From positions 64,001 to 128,000 of the forward strand of contig CAWJTV010000006.1 of the NCBI GenBank assembly GCA_963845755.1: DNA of 64,000 nucleotides. The letters run 5' to 3'. Under the pieces are notes generated by a model, which did no database searches, had not been told where the DNA came from, and saw only the letters and a program-made list of their open reading frames with translations. A program made the position numbers and the translations under genes. Source of the DNA: an uncultured Planctomycetota bacterium. Its GTDB lineage: Bacteria > Planctomycetota > Planctomycetia > Isosphaerales > Isosphaeraceae. Positions 1 through 8,047 of the stretch are shown here, piece after piece (position 1 is the stretch's first letter; each line of letters begins with the position of its first letter).

Positions 1-237
1 CGGCCCTATCGGAGCGACGACGAGAGCCGGAATAACGCGGTGTTCGGAGTCCTGGCGATGGGCGAGGGGTGGCACAACACCCACCACGCCTTCCCGACCT
101 CGGCGCGTCACGGGCTGCGGTGGTGGCAGATCGACGTGAGTTACTGGGTGATCTGGGCGCTTGCCCGCCTGGGGCTCGCCTGGGACGTGAAACTCCCGAC
201 CATGCAGGCCCAACGTCAGCGGCAACGGACCGCTTGA
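1..237 (+). CDS. Acyl-CoA (fatty acid) desaturase, C-terminal part (5' end outside window)
   Basis: SRNN...GEGWHNTHHAFPTSARHGLRWWQID, third His box of delta-9-type desaturases. Confidence 0.9.
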   Translation, partial: RPYRSDDESRNNAVFGVLAMGEGWHNTHHAFPTSARHGLRWWQIDVSYWVIWALARLGLAWDVKLPTMQAQRQRQRTA

Positions 238-300
238 GCGGCGGGGGTCGAGGACAGCTCCCATCGTAAGGGGGAAAGGAAACGGGTCGCTCCGTCTCAA

Positions 301-340
301 TCCTCCCCCTGACGAAGGGGGGATCCAGGAGGGTGAATTC
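301..340. repeat. REP-like hairpin, uninterrupted copy of the family targeted at 12.1-14.0 kb
   Basis: TCCTCCCCCTGACGAAGGGGGGATCCAGGAGGGTGAATTC resembles the reconstructed TCCCCCCCCTTGCGAAGGGGGGGTTCCGGGGGGTGAACTC. Confidence 0.6.
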
Positions 341-461
341 GCAGCGACCCAAGGGCCTGCGCAAAGCAATCGTTACGCGCTCTCGGCGGGTGACTCCGCG
401 GAAAAACCTGGCCGATCGCAACGCGGCTTTTCCATCGGGCAGCCGGCGGCCCCATTACTGA

Positions 462-521
462 CTATTTCAAAACGGGGACTGGCTCCGGGTCTCCGAGGTG
501 CCAGTCCCCGTTTTGAAATAG
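462..521. repeat. Palindromic repeat (REP/MITE-like), probable bidirectional terminator
   Basis: Perfect 22-bp inverted repeat CTATTTCAAAACGGGGACTGGC / GCCAGTCCCCGTTTTGAAATAG between convergent genes; core also at 2871 and about 41400. Confidence 0.8.
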
Positions 522-546
522 CCTCTTAACCAGAGTCGCGGCGAGT

Positions 547-1053
547 TCAGGAAGCCGATTGGTCGATGCGATCCCAGGCATCGCGAGTGGCGACCTTGGC
601 CTTGTCCCAGGTGAGTCTTGAACGAGACTTGCCCGACTCCCAGTCCCTTCGAAGCTGGGGCTCCGCTTCATCGAACGACAAGTCCGCATACTTGGCCCGG
701 GATTCCCAACCGTGCTGGTAGGCCGGCCGGTATTCCTCGTAGGAAGCCGCCTTGTCGTAGTAGGGACGATGCGGATAGTTTTCTCGCCAGTAGGTGTCCT
801 CGACGGTCGGATCGATCGACTCAGCGACGCCCTTGCCGGCCAGTCCGCCCGCCACCCCACCGATCACCGCGCCCGCGACGGCACCCACGGGTCCGGCCAT
901 CGCGCCCCCCGCGGCCCCGGCCGCCGCGCCGGCTGCCGCCGCGCCCAGTCCGGCTCCCACCGGATGCGCACCCGGCTGGCCCGTGATGGGATCGGGATTG
1001 CTGTCAGTGCCCCGCGCACCCGAGTCGTCCCCGTTCTTTCTCTCTCGCGCCAT
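547..1053 (-). CDS. Glycine-zipper general-stress-type protein
   Basis: Start MARERK with [30 protein letters not shown] zipper followed by [13 protein letters not shown]. Confidence 0.8.
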   Translation of the reverse strand: MARERKNGDDSGARGTDSNPDPITGQPGAHPVGAGLGAAAAGAAAGAAGGAMAGPVGAVAGAVIGGVAGGLAGKGVAESIDPTVEDTYWRENYPHRPYYDKAASYEEYRPAYQHGWESRAKYADLSFDEAEPQLRRDWESGKSRSRLTWDKAKVATRDAWDRIDQSAS

Positions 1054-1103
1054 CGTAATCTCCTTGTTGAGAAAGTGTGAACATTTTCCAGGGAGGAGAG
1101 TTG

Positions 1104-1118
1104 GCAAACGCTGTGCCA
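1104..1118 (-). promoter_or_regulatory. Sigma54-type -24/-12 promoter
   Basis: TGGCAC-AGCGT-TTGC about 50 bp upstream of ATG 1053. Confidence 0.7.
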
Positions 1119-1129
1119 GGTCGTGGAAC

Positions 1130-1380
1130 CACCTCGAGATCATCGGGATCGACGACCACACGAGAAACGGGCGCCCTTCGGCGATGGTCTCCTCCAGGAC
1201 CACTTTCGCGTATCCCAGGTCATCAGCCGCGATGCTGCCGGAGACGTTCGAGGTCATCCTGCACGTCGCCCCGCGGCCGAGGGCCTTCTCGGCGAATGGG
1301 CAGGCCCGGTTGCCGAAGACACTCTTCTCCTCGTCCGCCTCGATGATGGAGAAGTCGCCTTGGATGCGACGTTTCGGGTG
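1130..1380 (-). pseudogene. Fragment of a methanogen-output-domain (V4R-like) protein
   Basis: IQGDFSIIE...[11 protein letters not shown]...[27 protein letters not shown]; no convincing start of its own. Confidence 0.55.
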
Positions 1381-1428
1381 ACGGGCGGAAATGAGCCGAT
1401 GTGAGAGGTTGGCTACGGCTCGCGCACT

Positions 1429-1443
1429 CGGCATGCCATATGC
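1429..1443 (+). promoter_or_regulatory. Sigma54-type promoter
   Basis: CGGCAT-GCCAT-ATGC upstream of ORF 1504. Confidence 0.45.
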
Positions 1444-1503
1444 GTCGCTTGTTCGAAGGTTTCCCATTCACAAGGATCGAACCGCGAACCGAGCGGCTAG
1501 GGG

Positions 1504-2919
1504 ATGACGATGTTGGGGAAAAGATTCCATACAGGATCGATCGTGGTCGTGATCGCGTGCCTTGCGATCGCGACGGAGAGGTCGGGGACCGCCCTCGGCC
1601 AGCAGGGGACAGCCACGAAGCGGGCGCGAACGAAACGGGCCCCTACGAGGAAGTCGGTCACCAAGTCTAAATCGCGACCGAAGACGGGAACCGAGGAGAA
1701 GTCCGTCGCCGACCGCATCGTGCTTCGCGACCGCAAGGAACTGTTCGGGCAGGTCGATGATTCCTCCACCGACACGGTCCTGACGGTCCTTGCCCGGCGG
1801 GAAATGGTCCGGAAGACGCTCCCCGACTGGTCGAAGAAGTGGGAGGACGCCGAGAGAGGGATGATCGTTGCCGCCCTGCGTCAACGTCGAGATCGGCTGG
1901 CGATCTGGAGACGAGAACGTCCCCCGCAGCCGGCGCCGGACGATCGAATTACCGCCTGGCTCGATCGCGAGCTGTCCGAGACCCCCGGATCAGTCGCCCC
2001 ATCGCCGCTCATCGCAATTCGGCTCGGCCGGAGCGACGTGTCGGCTGTGGAGCGTCGGAGCCAGTCGGCGGCTCAGGCCTTGAAGTCGGCCTGGCTGCTC
2101 GGGCTTGCCGAACCGGAATTGATGCCATCTGCTCGGCTGAAAGACTTGATAGCGGATCGTGGCTTCAGCCGCGAGGGTGACGAATCGATCGCGCTGGATC
2201 GCATGCTGCCGCCGACCTTGGAGCCCGAGGACCGTTGGCTCCTGCGTCGTGCCGCGACCGAGGTTCTCCACGATGAAAACCTCCGATATATCCGATTCGG
2301 CAGTTCTGTCCTGCCCGAACCGGTGCCGGGACAGCCCATCGATCCAGCGACGGCCGCCACGCTCGTTGAAGGTACGATCCGGGACGTGCTCGGAGTGGGG
2401 GCTGGTGATGCGTTGCCATTGCGGTTCCGCGCCGCCGCCGCTCGCGATCGAGTTGGCTTGGTGGTCACGAGCATCGAAATCGCGCCCGACCTCGGAAGCG
2501 CGGCTGCCGAATCGATTCTCTACTACCGCAGGGGAAGCGACTGGGGTCGGAGCATCTGGAGATCCCAAAGGCTCGAGGTCGGCGCCGTCCCGCCTGTGGT
2601 TGTCTCCCTCGTCGCCCATGATCCACAAGTCAAAGCCGTGATGAACCTGATCGATGCGATCGGAGCGGGGTTTGTGTCGCCCCAGATGAAGGAACGGGGC
2701 TTGATCGTGGGTGCGACGGTGGGCGGGGCTGTGGTGTTGGCCCGAACCGCCCTCGTTCGATCTCTGATGGGGCTTGCGTTCAATGTCGAAAGCAAGTCGC
2801 CCTGTCCTTGTACCTCAGCTTGGGCGCCCGAGCATAAAATGAATCATCGTCCCGTTAGAGCCCCTAAAAGAACGGGGACTAGCTCCGAGTCTTCGAGGTG
2901 CCCGTCCTGCTTTTCTTAG
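1504..2919 (+). CDS. Hypothetical secreted protein
   Basis: 471-aa ORF with signal-like N-terminus; the C-terminal tail runs into a repeat and may be read-through. Confidence 0.7.
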   Translation: MTMLGKRFHTGSIVVVIACLAIATERSGTALGQQGTATKRARTKRAPTRKSVTKSKSRPKTGTEEKSVADRIVLRDRKELFGQVDDSSTDTVLTVLARREMVRKTLPDWSKKWEDAERGMIVAALRQRRDRLAIWRRERPPQPAPDDRITAWLDRELSETPGSVAPSPLIAIRLGRSDVSAVERRSQSAAQALKSAWLLGLAEPELMPSARLKDLIADRGFSREGDESIALDRMLPPTLEPEDRWLLRRAATEVLHDENLRYIRFGSSVLPEPVPGQPIDPATAATLVEGTIRDVLGVGAGDALPLRFRAAAARDRVGLVVTSIEIAPDLGSAAAESILYYRRGSDWGRSIWRSQRLEVGAVPPVVVSLVAHDPQVKAVMNLIDAIGAGFVSPQMKERGLIVGATVGGAVVLARTALVRSLMGLAFNVESKSPCPCTSAWAPEHKMNHRPVRAPKRTGTSSESSRCPSCFS

Positions 2920-2920
2920 G
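2862..2920. repeat. Second copy of the 462-521 palindromic repeat
   Basis: AACGGGGACTAGCTCCGAGTCTTCGAGGTGCCCGTCC core, between convergent genes. Confidence 0.7.
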
Positions 2921-3017
2921 CGCCCCCCCATGAGGGCCGGCGATTGAGAACGGGAGTCCCTGGACTGATTCGGCGCGTTCGCATCTGCGGGCCCGACGCT
3001 TTCCAATTGCCTCCGGC

Positions 3018-3548
3018 TCAGCGGGCCGCCGCAGATGCCTTCGGAGCGGCCTTGCTCGCATCAGCCCCCCGTGCATGCTGCTCGACCACCCGGTTGAGTC
3101 CTTGCTGGAGGGCATCCCGGTGCGCCTGCTCCTCCAACAGGACGGCCGATAGGTCCTCGACACTCTCGGTGTCGCCCAAGGCCCCGAAGGCGTGGACCCA
3201 GGCGGCGTGCCAATGAACCGACTGGTCCTTGGCCGTCAGGTCCTGCCTCAATTGGTCCAGGGCATCGGAGCCCAGCTCCACAAGCTTATCCTTGAACTGG
3301 CCAAACGCCCGGCCGATCCCGCCGACCGCGGACGGCACCGGGGTATGGCCATACCGGGTGGCAATCGTCTCGATGATGGTCGCGTGGCGTTCGTCGGCTG
3401 CGGCGATCTCGTGGTAGAGCACGCTGAGCGCGGCATCCGGTGGGGAATCGGCCCTGGCCTCGGCACCAGCCGCCAGCGATCGCTCCGTGTCGATGCCCTT
3501 CACCAGTTCTGAGGCGATCCAGGCACGGTCGCTTGTGGCTTGAGCCAT
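3018..3548 (-). CDS. Ferritin-like four-helix protein (hypothetical)
   Basis: DERHATIIETI and EEQAH, ExxH-type motifs. Confidence 0.65.
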   Translation of the reverse strand: MAQATSDRAWIASELVKGIDTERSLAAGAEARADSPPDAALSVLYHEIAAADERHATIIETIATRYGHTPVPSAVGGIGRAFGQFKDKLVELGSDALDQLRQDLTAKDQSVHWHAAWVHAFGALGDTESVEDLSAVLLEEQAHRDALQQGLNRVVEQHARGADASKAAPKASAAAR

Positions 3549-3625
3549 TGCTATCATACACTCCCCGGGATAGACAGACGCCGACTGCTCCGAGAACCCC
3601 TTGATCACCCAGTGAGGGTTAGCTC

Positions 3626-3640
3626 GCAAAAGGGATACCA
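3626..3640 (-). promoter_or_regulatory. Sigma54-type promoter
   Basis: TGGTAT-CCCTT-TTGC upstream of ATG 3548. Confidence 0.65.
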
Positions 3641-3893
3641 TTTCCCGGTCGCCACCAGGTTTCTCGACGGAGTGTTCCGCAGCGGACACCCAGGCTTCAC
3701 CCTGGCGATCGAACTCAACCTCCGGGTGCGCGGACCCGTTCCCGGTCTCGGCTCTCGTCCCCGCCGCGCGCGACGTGATGGCGAACATCCAGGGGAGGAC
3801 CGATCCGGTTCCCGTACGATTCGTTCAGTCGCCCGGTCGCCCTCCGAAGGTTCCTGCGTCAAGTGATTGAGATTGACATGGCATGCAGCGTCC

Positions 3894-3908
3894 CGGCATG
3901 GGACTTGC
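3894..3908 (+). promoter_or_regulatory. Sigma54-type promoter
   Basis: CGGCAT-GGGAC-TTGC upstream of ATG 3975. Confidence 0.65.
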
Positions 3909-3974
3909 CTCGTAGCAAAGCCCGGAGGATCCTCTACCCGATCCGCGCCGAGTCCTGACCCGGAGCCTTCATCG

Positions 3975-4412
3975 ATGGACAACTCGAATCGAACGACCCT
4001 GACGGCCGTCGATGTGATGACGGCCAACCCGCGCACCTGCTCCGCCTACAGTACGATCCTGGAGGCCAGCGTACTTTTCCAGGACGCCGACTGCGGCGCC
4101 GTGCCCGTCGTCGACGGAGGTCGGCCGATCGGAATGCTGACCGACCGTGACGTGGCCTTGGCCGTGGCCAACAACCCGGACCTGGCCAATCGGCCCGTGG
4201 CCGACTTCATGAGCAAGGATGTCATCTCGGTCGAGCCGGACGCCTCGATCGAGGAGGTCGCAACGATCTTTGGTCAGCACGGGGTCCACCGCCTGCTGGT
4301 CATCGACGCTGCCGGTCAGCTCCAGGGCATCGTTGCCTGGGGCGACTTGGCCCCCCACATGTCCCAGGCGAGACTCGGCCGCCTCGTGGATGAGGTGAGC
4401 GAAGGGACGTGA
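3975..4412 (+). CDS. CBS-domain pair protein
   Basis: DVMT..P, DCGAVPVVD, GMLTDRDV, VHRLLVID, GIV..GDL. Confidence 0.9.
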   Translation: MDNSNRTTLTAVDVMTANPRTCSAYSTILEASVLFQDADCGAVPVVDGGRPIGMLTDRDVALAVANNPDLANRPVADFMSKDVISVEPDASIEEVATIFGQHGVHRLLVIDAAGQLQGIVAWGDLAPHMSQARLGRLVDEVSEGT

Positions 4413-4485
4413 ACTCCGGCGATGTCAGGGACGATTCCTCGGCGCCGCCCGGGCGGCGACACGCCCGGGATGTCTGGCCCCTATC

Positions 4486-6324
4486 TTATGCGGGCAGGGC
4501 CTGCGCCACGGCATCCTTTTTCTGATCCGAAAGCACCGCGCTCAGGATGCGGGCCTGCGCGTCGGCCAGCGTGAAGACGACGCGCGAAGCCCCGATACTC
4601 ACCAGCTGCTCGGCGGCGCTGGCGGCGCCGTCGTCCTGACCCCACCGGCCCACAACGATCGGCAGTTCGGCGAACTGGGCTCGCAGTCGCCGGACCAGAT
4701 AACGGGCCAAGGTCAATCCCTCCGGCGGGAGGTGGGAGATGACGACGAGCGTGGGAGCCTGCTCGACCACCCACTCGATGACCTGCAAGGACGAGTCGGT
4801 GTCCGCGATCAGCTCCATGCTGCAACCCGCGGGGGCCAGGAGCTGCCCCAGCATCCGCAGCACCAGCGCGTCGGACGTGTCGTCCGCCACCAGGCCCACG
4901 ATCGGCATCGGCACGGCGGCCGGTTCCCGATCATCCGATCCGGTCCCCCCATCGGCCGAAAGGGCCAGGGACGCCAGGCTGAAATCGGGTGTCCCTTCCA
5001 GTCCGTCCAGGATCTCGCCAACCACTCCCCAAACGAACGCCTGCATCGTCTCATCCAGCTCGTCGCGTTCCGCTCGGGATAAGGCCGGCACCAGCACGTC
5101 ATCGAAGACCTCGACGCGCGGTCGCTTCTTGAGCTGCGCCTCGACCACTTCGATGGCTCCCTCCCGGTCCAGCGCCACGAGCCGTTGGTAGAATCGCACG
5201 TTCGGCTCGAGCTCGGCATCCTCGCGGAGCAGGATCCCGAAGAACCACATGGCGGGTACATATTTTCCCAACACGGCCAGACAGACCGTCAAGGGGGTCG
5301 ACAGGAGCAGACCCAAGGTCCCCCACAGCCAGGTCCAGAACATGGCGGCGACGAGCAGGCCCAGGGCCGAGATCCCGGTCGTCTTGCCGTAGATGACCGG
5401 CTCCAGGAAGCTGGTGAGTACCGCCTCGACCACCCCGAAGAGGGCGACGACTTCCAGCGGCTTCGCCCAGCCCGGGAATTGTGCGAAGGAAAAGACCAGC
5501 GGCAAGATGAACGCCACCGCCGGCCCAACGTAGGGGATGAACCGCAACATCGCTGCCAGACAACCCCAGAGCACTGCAAAGGGCACGCCGATCAGCCCCA
5601 GCCCCGCCCCAATGACTAGCCCGAAGCCCGAATTGACCAACGCGAAGGTCGCCAGATAGCGGCTGATCCGCTGGCCGATCTCCTGCATCGTCCGGGTCGT
5701 CAGGCTGACCTGGCGGTGCCCGAAAAGCCCGACGATCCGGTCGCTGAGCTCCTCGCGGCCCATGAGCAGGAACAAGACCAGGATGAGCACGAAGCTGCCG
5801 ACCCCGAGGAATTCCAGATAGGGACCCGTGGCCCCCCGGAGCTGCTCCTGGATGGACGGCCGGTCGATCACCTCAACTTTCTGAATCGGCGTCTCCCCCC
5901 CCGGCTGGGGAGCGGGCGGCTTCTCCATCTTGGCCGTCACACGATCGGCCAGATCCTTCAGCCGGTTGGCCGCCGTCTGCTCCCCCGGTTTGATCACCCG
6001 GTTGAGCTTGACCTCGATGTTCTCCTGGTAATCGGGCAGGCGGATGGCCAATGAGGTCAATTGTTGCGCGACGACGTAGCCGATACCGCCCAGGAGACCC
6101 AGGCTGAGGACGACCGTCAGGACGACCGCTGCAACCCGGGGCAAGCCGAATCGCTCCCCGAGGCGAGCCGCCGGTGCCAGGGCGAAGCTCAGGAGCACCG
6201 AAAGCGCCAGCGGTTTGAGGACCTCGCCCGTGAAGTACAGGAAGGCGATGGTGGCGAAGATCAGCAGCGTCATCTGGAACGGGTCAGTCCGCAGGGAATT
6301 TGAAGTCTTGGAGGGCGCGGTCAC
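4486..6324 (-). CDS. AI-2E family transporter with C-terminal extension
   Basis: VLKPLALSVLLSFALAP, RFIPYVG, EPVIYGKTTG, WTWLWG..GLLLSTPLTVCL; GTG start with GAGG RBS. Confidence 0.9.
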   Translation of the reverse strand: MTAPSKTSNSLRTDPFQMTLLIFATIAFLYFTGEVLKPLALSVLLSFALAPAARLGERFGLPRVAAVVLTVVLSLGLLGGIGYVVAQQLTSLAIRLPDYQENIEVKLNRVIKPGEQTAANRLKDLADRVTAKMEKPPAPQPGGETPIQKVEVIDRPSIQEQLRGATGPYLEFLGVGSFVLILVLFLLMGREELSDRIVGLFGHRQVSLTTRTMQEIGQRISRYLATFALVNSGFGLVIGAGLGLIGVPFAVLWGCLAAMLRFIPYVGPAVAFILPLVFSFAQFPGWAKPLEVVALFGVVEAVLTSFLEPVIYGKTTGISALGLLVAAMFWTWLWGTLGLLLSTPLTVCLAVLGKYVPAMWFFGILLREDAELEPNVRFYQRLVALDREGAIEVVEAQLKKRPRVEVFDDVLVPALSRAERDELDETMQAFVWGVVGEILDGLEGTPDFSLASLALSADGGTGSDDREPAAVPMPIVGLVADDTSDALVLRMLGQLLAPAGCSMELIADTDSSLQVIEWVVEQAPTLVVISHLPPEGLTLARYLVRRLRAQFAELPIVVGRWGQDDGAASAAEQLVSIGASRVVFTLADAQARILSAVLSDQKKDAVAQALPA

Positions 6325-6646
6325 AGCAGTGTACCTCGTGGTCGCTCGGGCGGCTGGAGAGAGACGGATCGATGCAGGGCGAGCCAAATGCACGTCGATC
6401 AGGACAAGCGATCCCCGTGCCGTTGCCTGATCGGGGGCGCACTTTCCCGGCGGCCGAGGGCCGCATGGGGATGCCGCAGGCCGAGCCGGCGAGATAATAC
6501 GAACCCGAGACCATCCACGACGATCCAAACTCCGGACTTCCCCGCGGATGGCGAGCGAGTGGTCAAGGGTGACGTCGTGTGCTCGAAGTCGGCCGGGGAC
6601 AGGTAGACCGGGGCCGAGTGTTGTCGCTCGCTGATCGTCGATGGGT

Positions 6647-7072
6647 TCACCGAGCGGCGACACCCTTTTTGCTGAGACGCTCTCCCGTGAAGGCGAAGCT
6701 CCCCGAGGTCCACGTGTAAGTCCAGTGAACATCCCCGCGGATCGTGTCGCCTTCGGGTTTTCCCTTGTACGTGAGCTTGTATCCGGAACCGGCGAATGTC
6801 CCGTCAACCGCGACGCTCAAGATCCCGCGGTCGAACACGACGCTCCTGGCCGCCCGCGTCACGCCGTCGGTCTTGTAGGTCGCTCTCAGGGCCTGACCTT
6901 CCCGGATCACGTTAACAACGCAGTCGCGCGATTTCCCGTCCGGGCACACGCACGTCACTTTCCATCGGCCGACCGCGTCTTCCGGGGGTGCGGCTTCGCA
7001 GGCCGGAACGAAAGAACAGGCCGCCATCAAGACGACGGCGCAGCCGCCGGTGTTACGCGTCAAATCCAGCAT
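6647..7072 (-). CDS. Hypothetical secreted beta-rich protein
   Basis: Signal-like N-terminus; AVGRWKVT...GDTIRG. Confidence 0.7.
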   Translation of the reverse strand: MLDLTRNTGGCAVVLMAACSFVPACEAAPPEDAVGRWKVTCVCPDGKSRDCVVNVIREGQALRATYKTDGVTRAARSVVFDRGILSVAVDGTFAGSGYKLTYKGKPEGDTIRGDVHWTYTWTSGSFAFTGERLSKKGVAAR

Positions 7073-7168
7073 CGCTGGTGCTCCTCATCTCTTAAGGGCG
7101 GTTGCCCTTCGCTGTTCCTGCGTGTCGCCGTGGCAACTCCTCAGCCGCGGTCGCCGCATCGGTAGAGA

Positions 7169-7183
7169 GCAAGTGCCGTACCG
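7169..7183 (-). promoter_or_regulatory. Sigma54-type promoter
   Basis: CGGTAC-GGCAC-TTGC upstream of ATG 7072. Confidence 0.6.
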
Positions 7184-7272
7184 GAGGAGGACGAAGAGTG
7201 CCCCGCCACTCTCCGGTGGCGGAGCAACTCTACCTCCAAGCTCGCGCGAGCTTGGTCAAGGCCGCGCGTTCG

Positions 7273-7542
7273 TCAGTCCGATCCGTGCTGCTTGACGAGT
7301 TTGTTGTAGAGGCCAAGGAGCAAGATCGTCGGCACCCAGTGGCCGACGAACTGGGCACCTTTGTCGTTGCCCGTGAATTTCAGGGCGGCCGAGAGCCCGA
7401 TGGCGCCGATCGCCAGGCCCAGGTAAGTCCCGGAAGGGACCGCGCTCGTATATTCCTCGATGGCCTTCGTGATCGTGCCTTCCCTGTGCTCATGCGGGGC
7501 GACGCCCCGGTCCGGGCGATCGATCTTGGCTGTCTGCGTCAT
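7273..7542 (-). CDS. Small hypothetical membrane protein
   Basis: EGTITKAIEEYT..VPS..YLGLAIG...FVGHWVPTILLLGLYNKLVK; AGGAG RBS. Confidence 0.8.
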   Translation of the reverse strand: MTQTAKIDRPDRGVAPHEHREGTITKAIEEYTSAVPSGTYLGLAIGAIGLSAALKFTGNDKGAQFVGHWVPTILLLGLYNKLVKQHGSD

Positions 7543-7650
7543 GTCGGTACTCCTGGGTATCCCCTGATAGGTGTGCAAGACCGCGAGCAGGCGGAAACGC
7601 AATCCGATTCCGCTCACGGCTCGGTTGAAACGATGGAACCATGATTTCTG

Positions 7651-7665
7651 GCAAACTCCGTACCG
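7651..7665 (-). promoter_or_regulatory. Sigma54-type promoter with AT-rich upstream tract
   Basis: CGGTAC-GGAGT-TTGC; AT-rich stretch at 7685-7740. Confidence 0.65.
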
Positions 7666-7819
7666 CCACCATCGAAATTGCTTGAGTGTTTTATATAATA
7701 TGAAATATATGAACTTTTAGATTATGCGTTTTTTCAATCGCAAATGCCGTCGGCGTAACGGCATGAGCCGAGGATGGAGCCACGAGGATGTCAGTGTCAC
7801 CGGGGGAAAGGGCGACGGA

Positions 7820-7988
7820 TCCTCCCCTTCTCCCCGCCGGGGAGAAGGTGTCCGAAGGGCGGATGAGGGGGTCGCCCGATCGGTATCGACCGCCTGCGCA
7901 ACCCGGGTGTTTGCCGCTCTAGCCATGGAGGTTGGCGCCTATAGAGCACCCTACGGACCGTGTGCAACTCGACCGTGAAGCGCCCTAG
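7820..7988. repeat. REP-like hairpin plus two 28-bp MITE-like termini
   Basis: CCTTCTCCCCGCCGGGGAGAAGG hairpin; termini at 7895-7922 and 7961-7988 ending in CTAG. Confidence 0.6.
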
Positions 7989-8047
7989 AAGGCCGACGGC
8001 GTAATGCGACGAATATGTTTTATATATTTTGATATAAATATATTAAC

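Noticed and set aside
547..1467. 306-aa single protein
   Set aside because: Chance read-through of a degraded fragment into a gene with its own RBS and promoter at 1053
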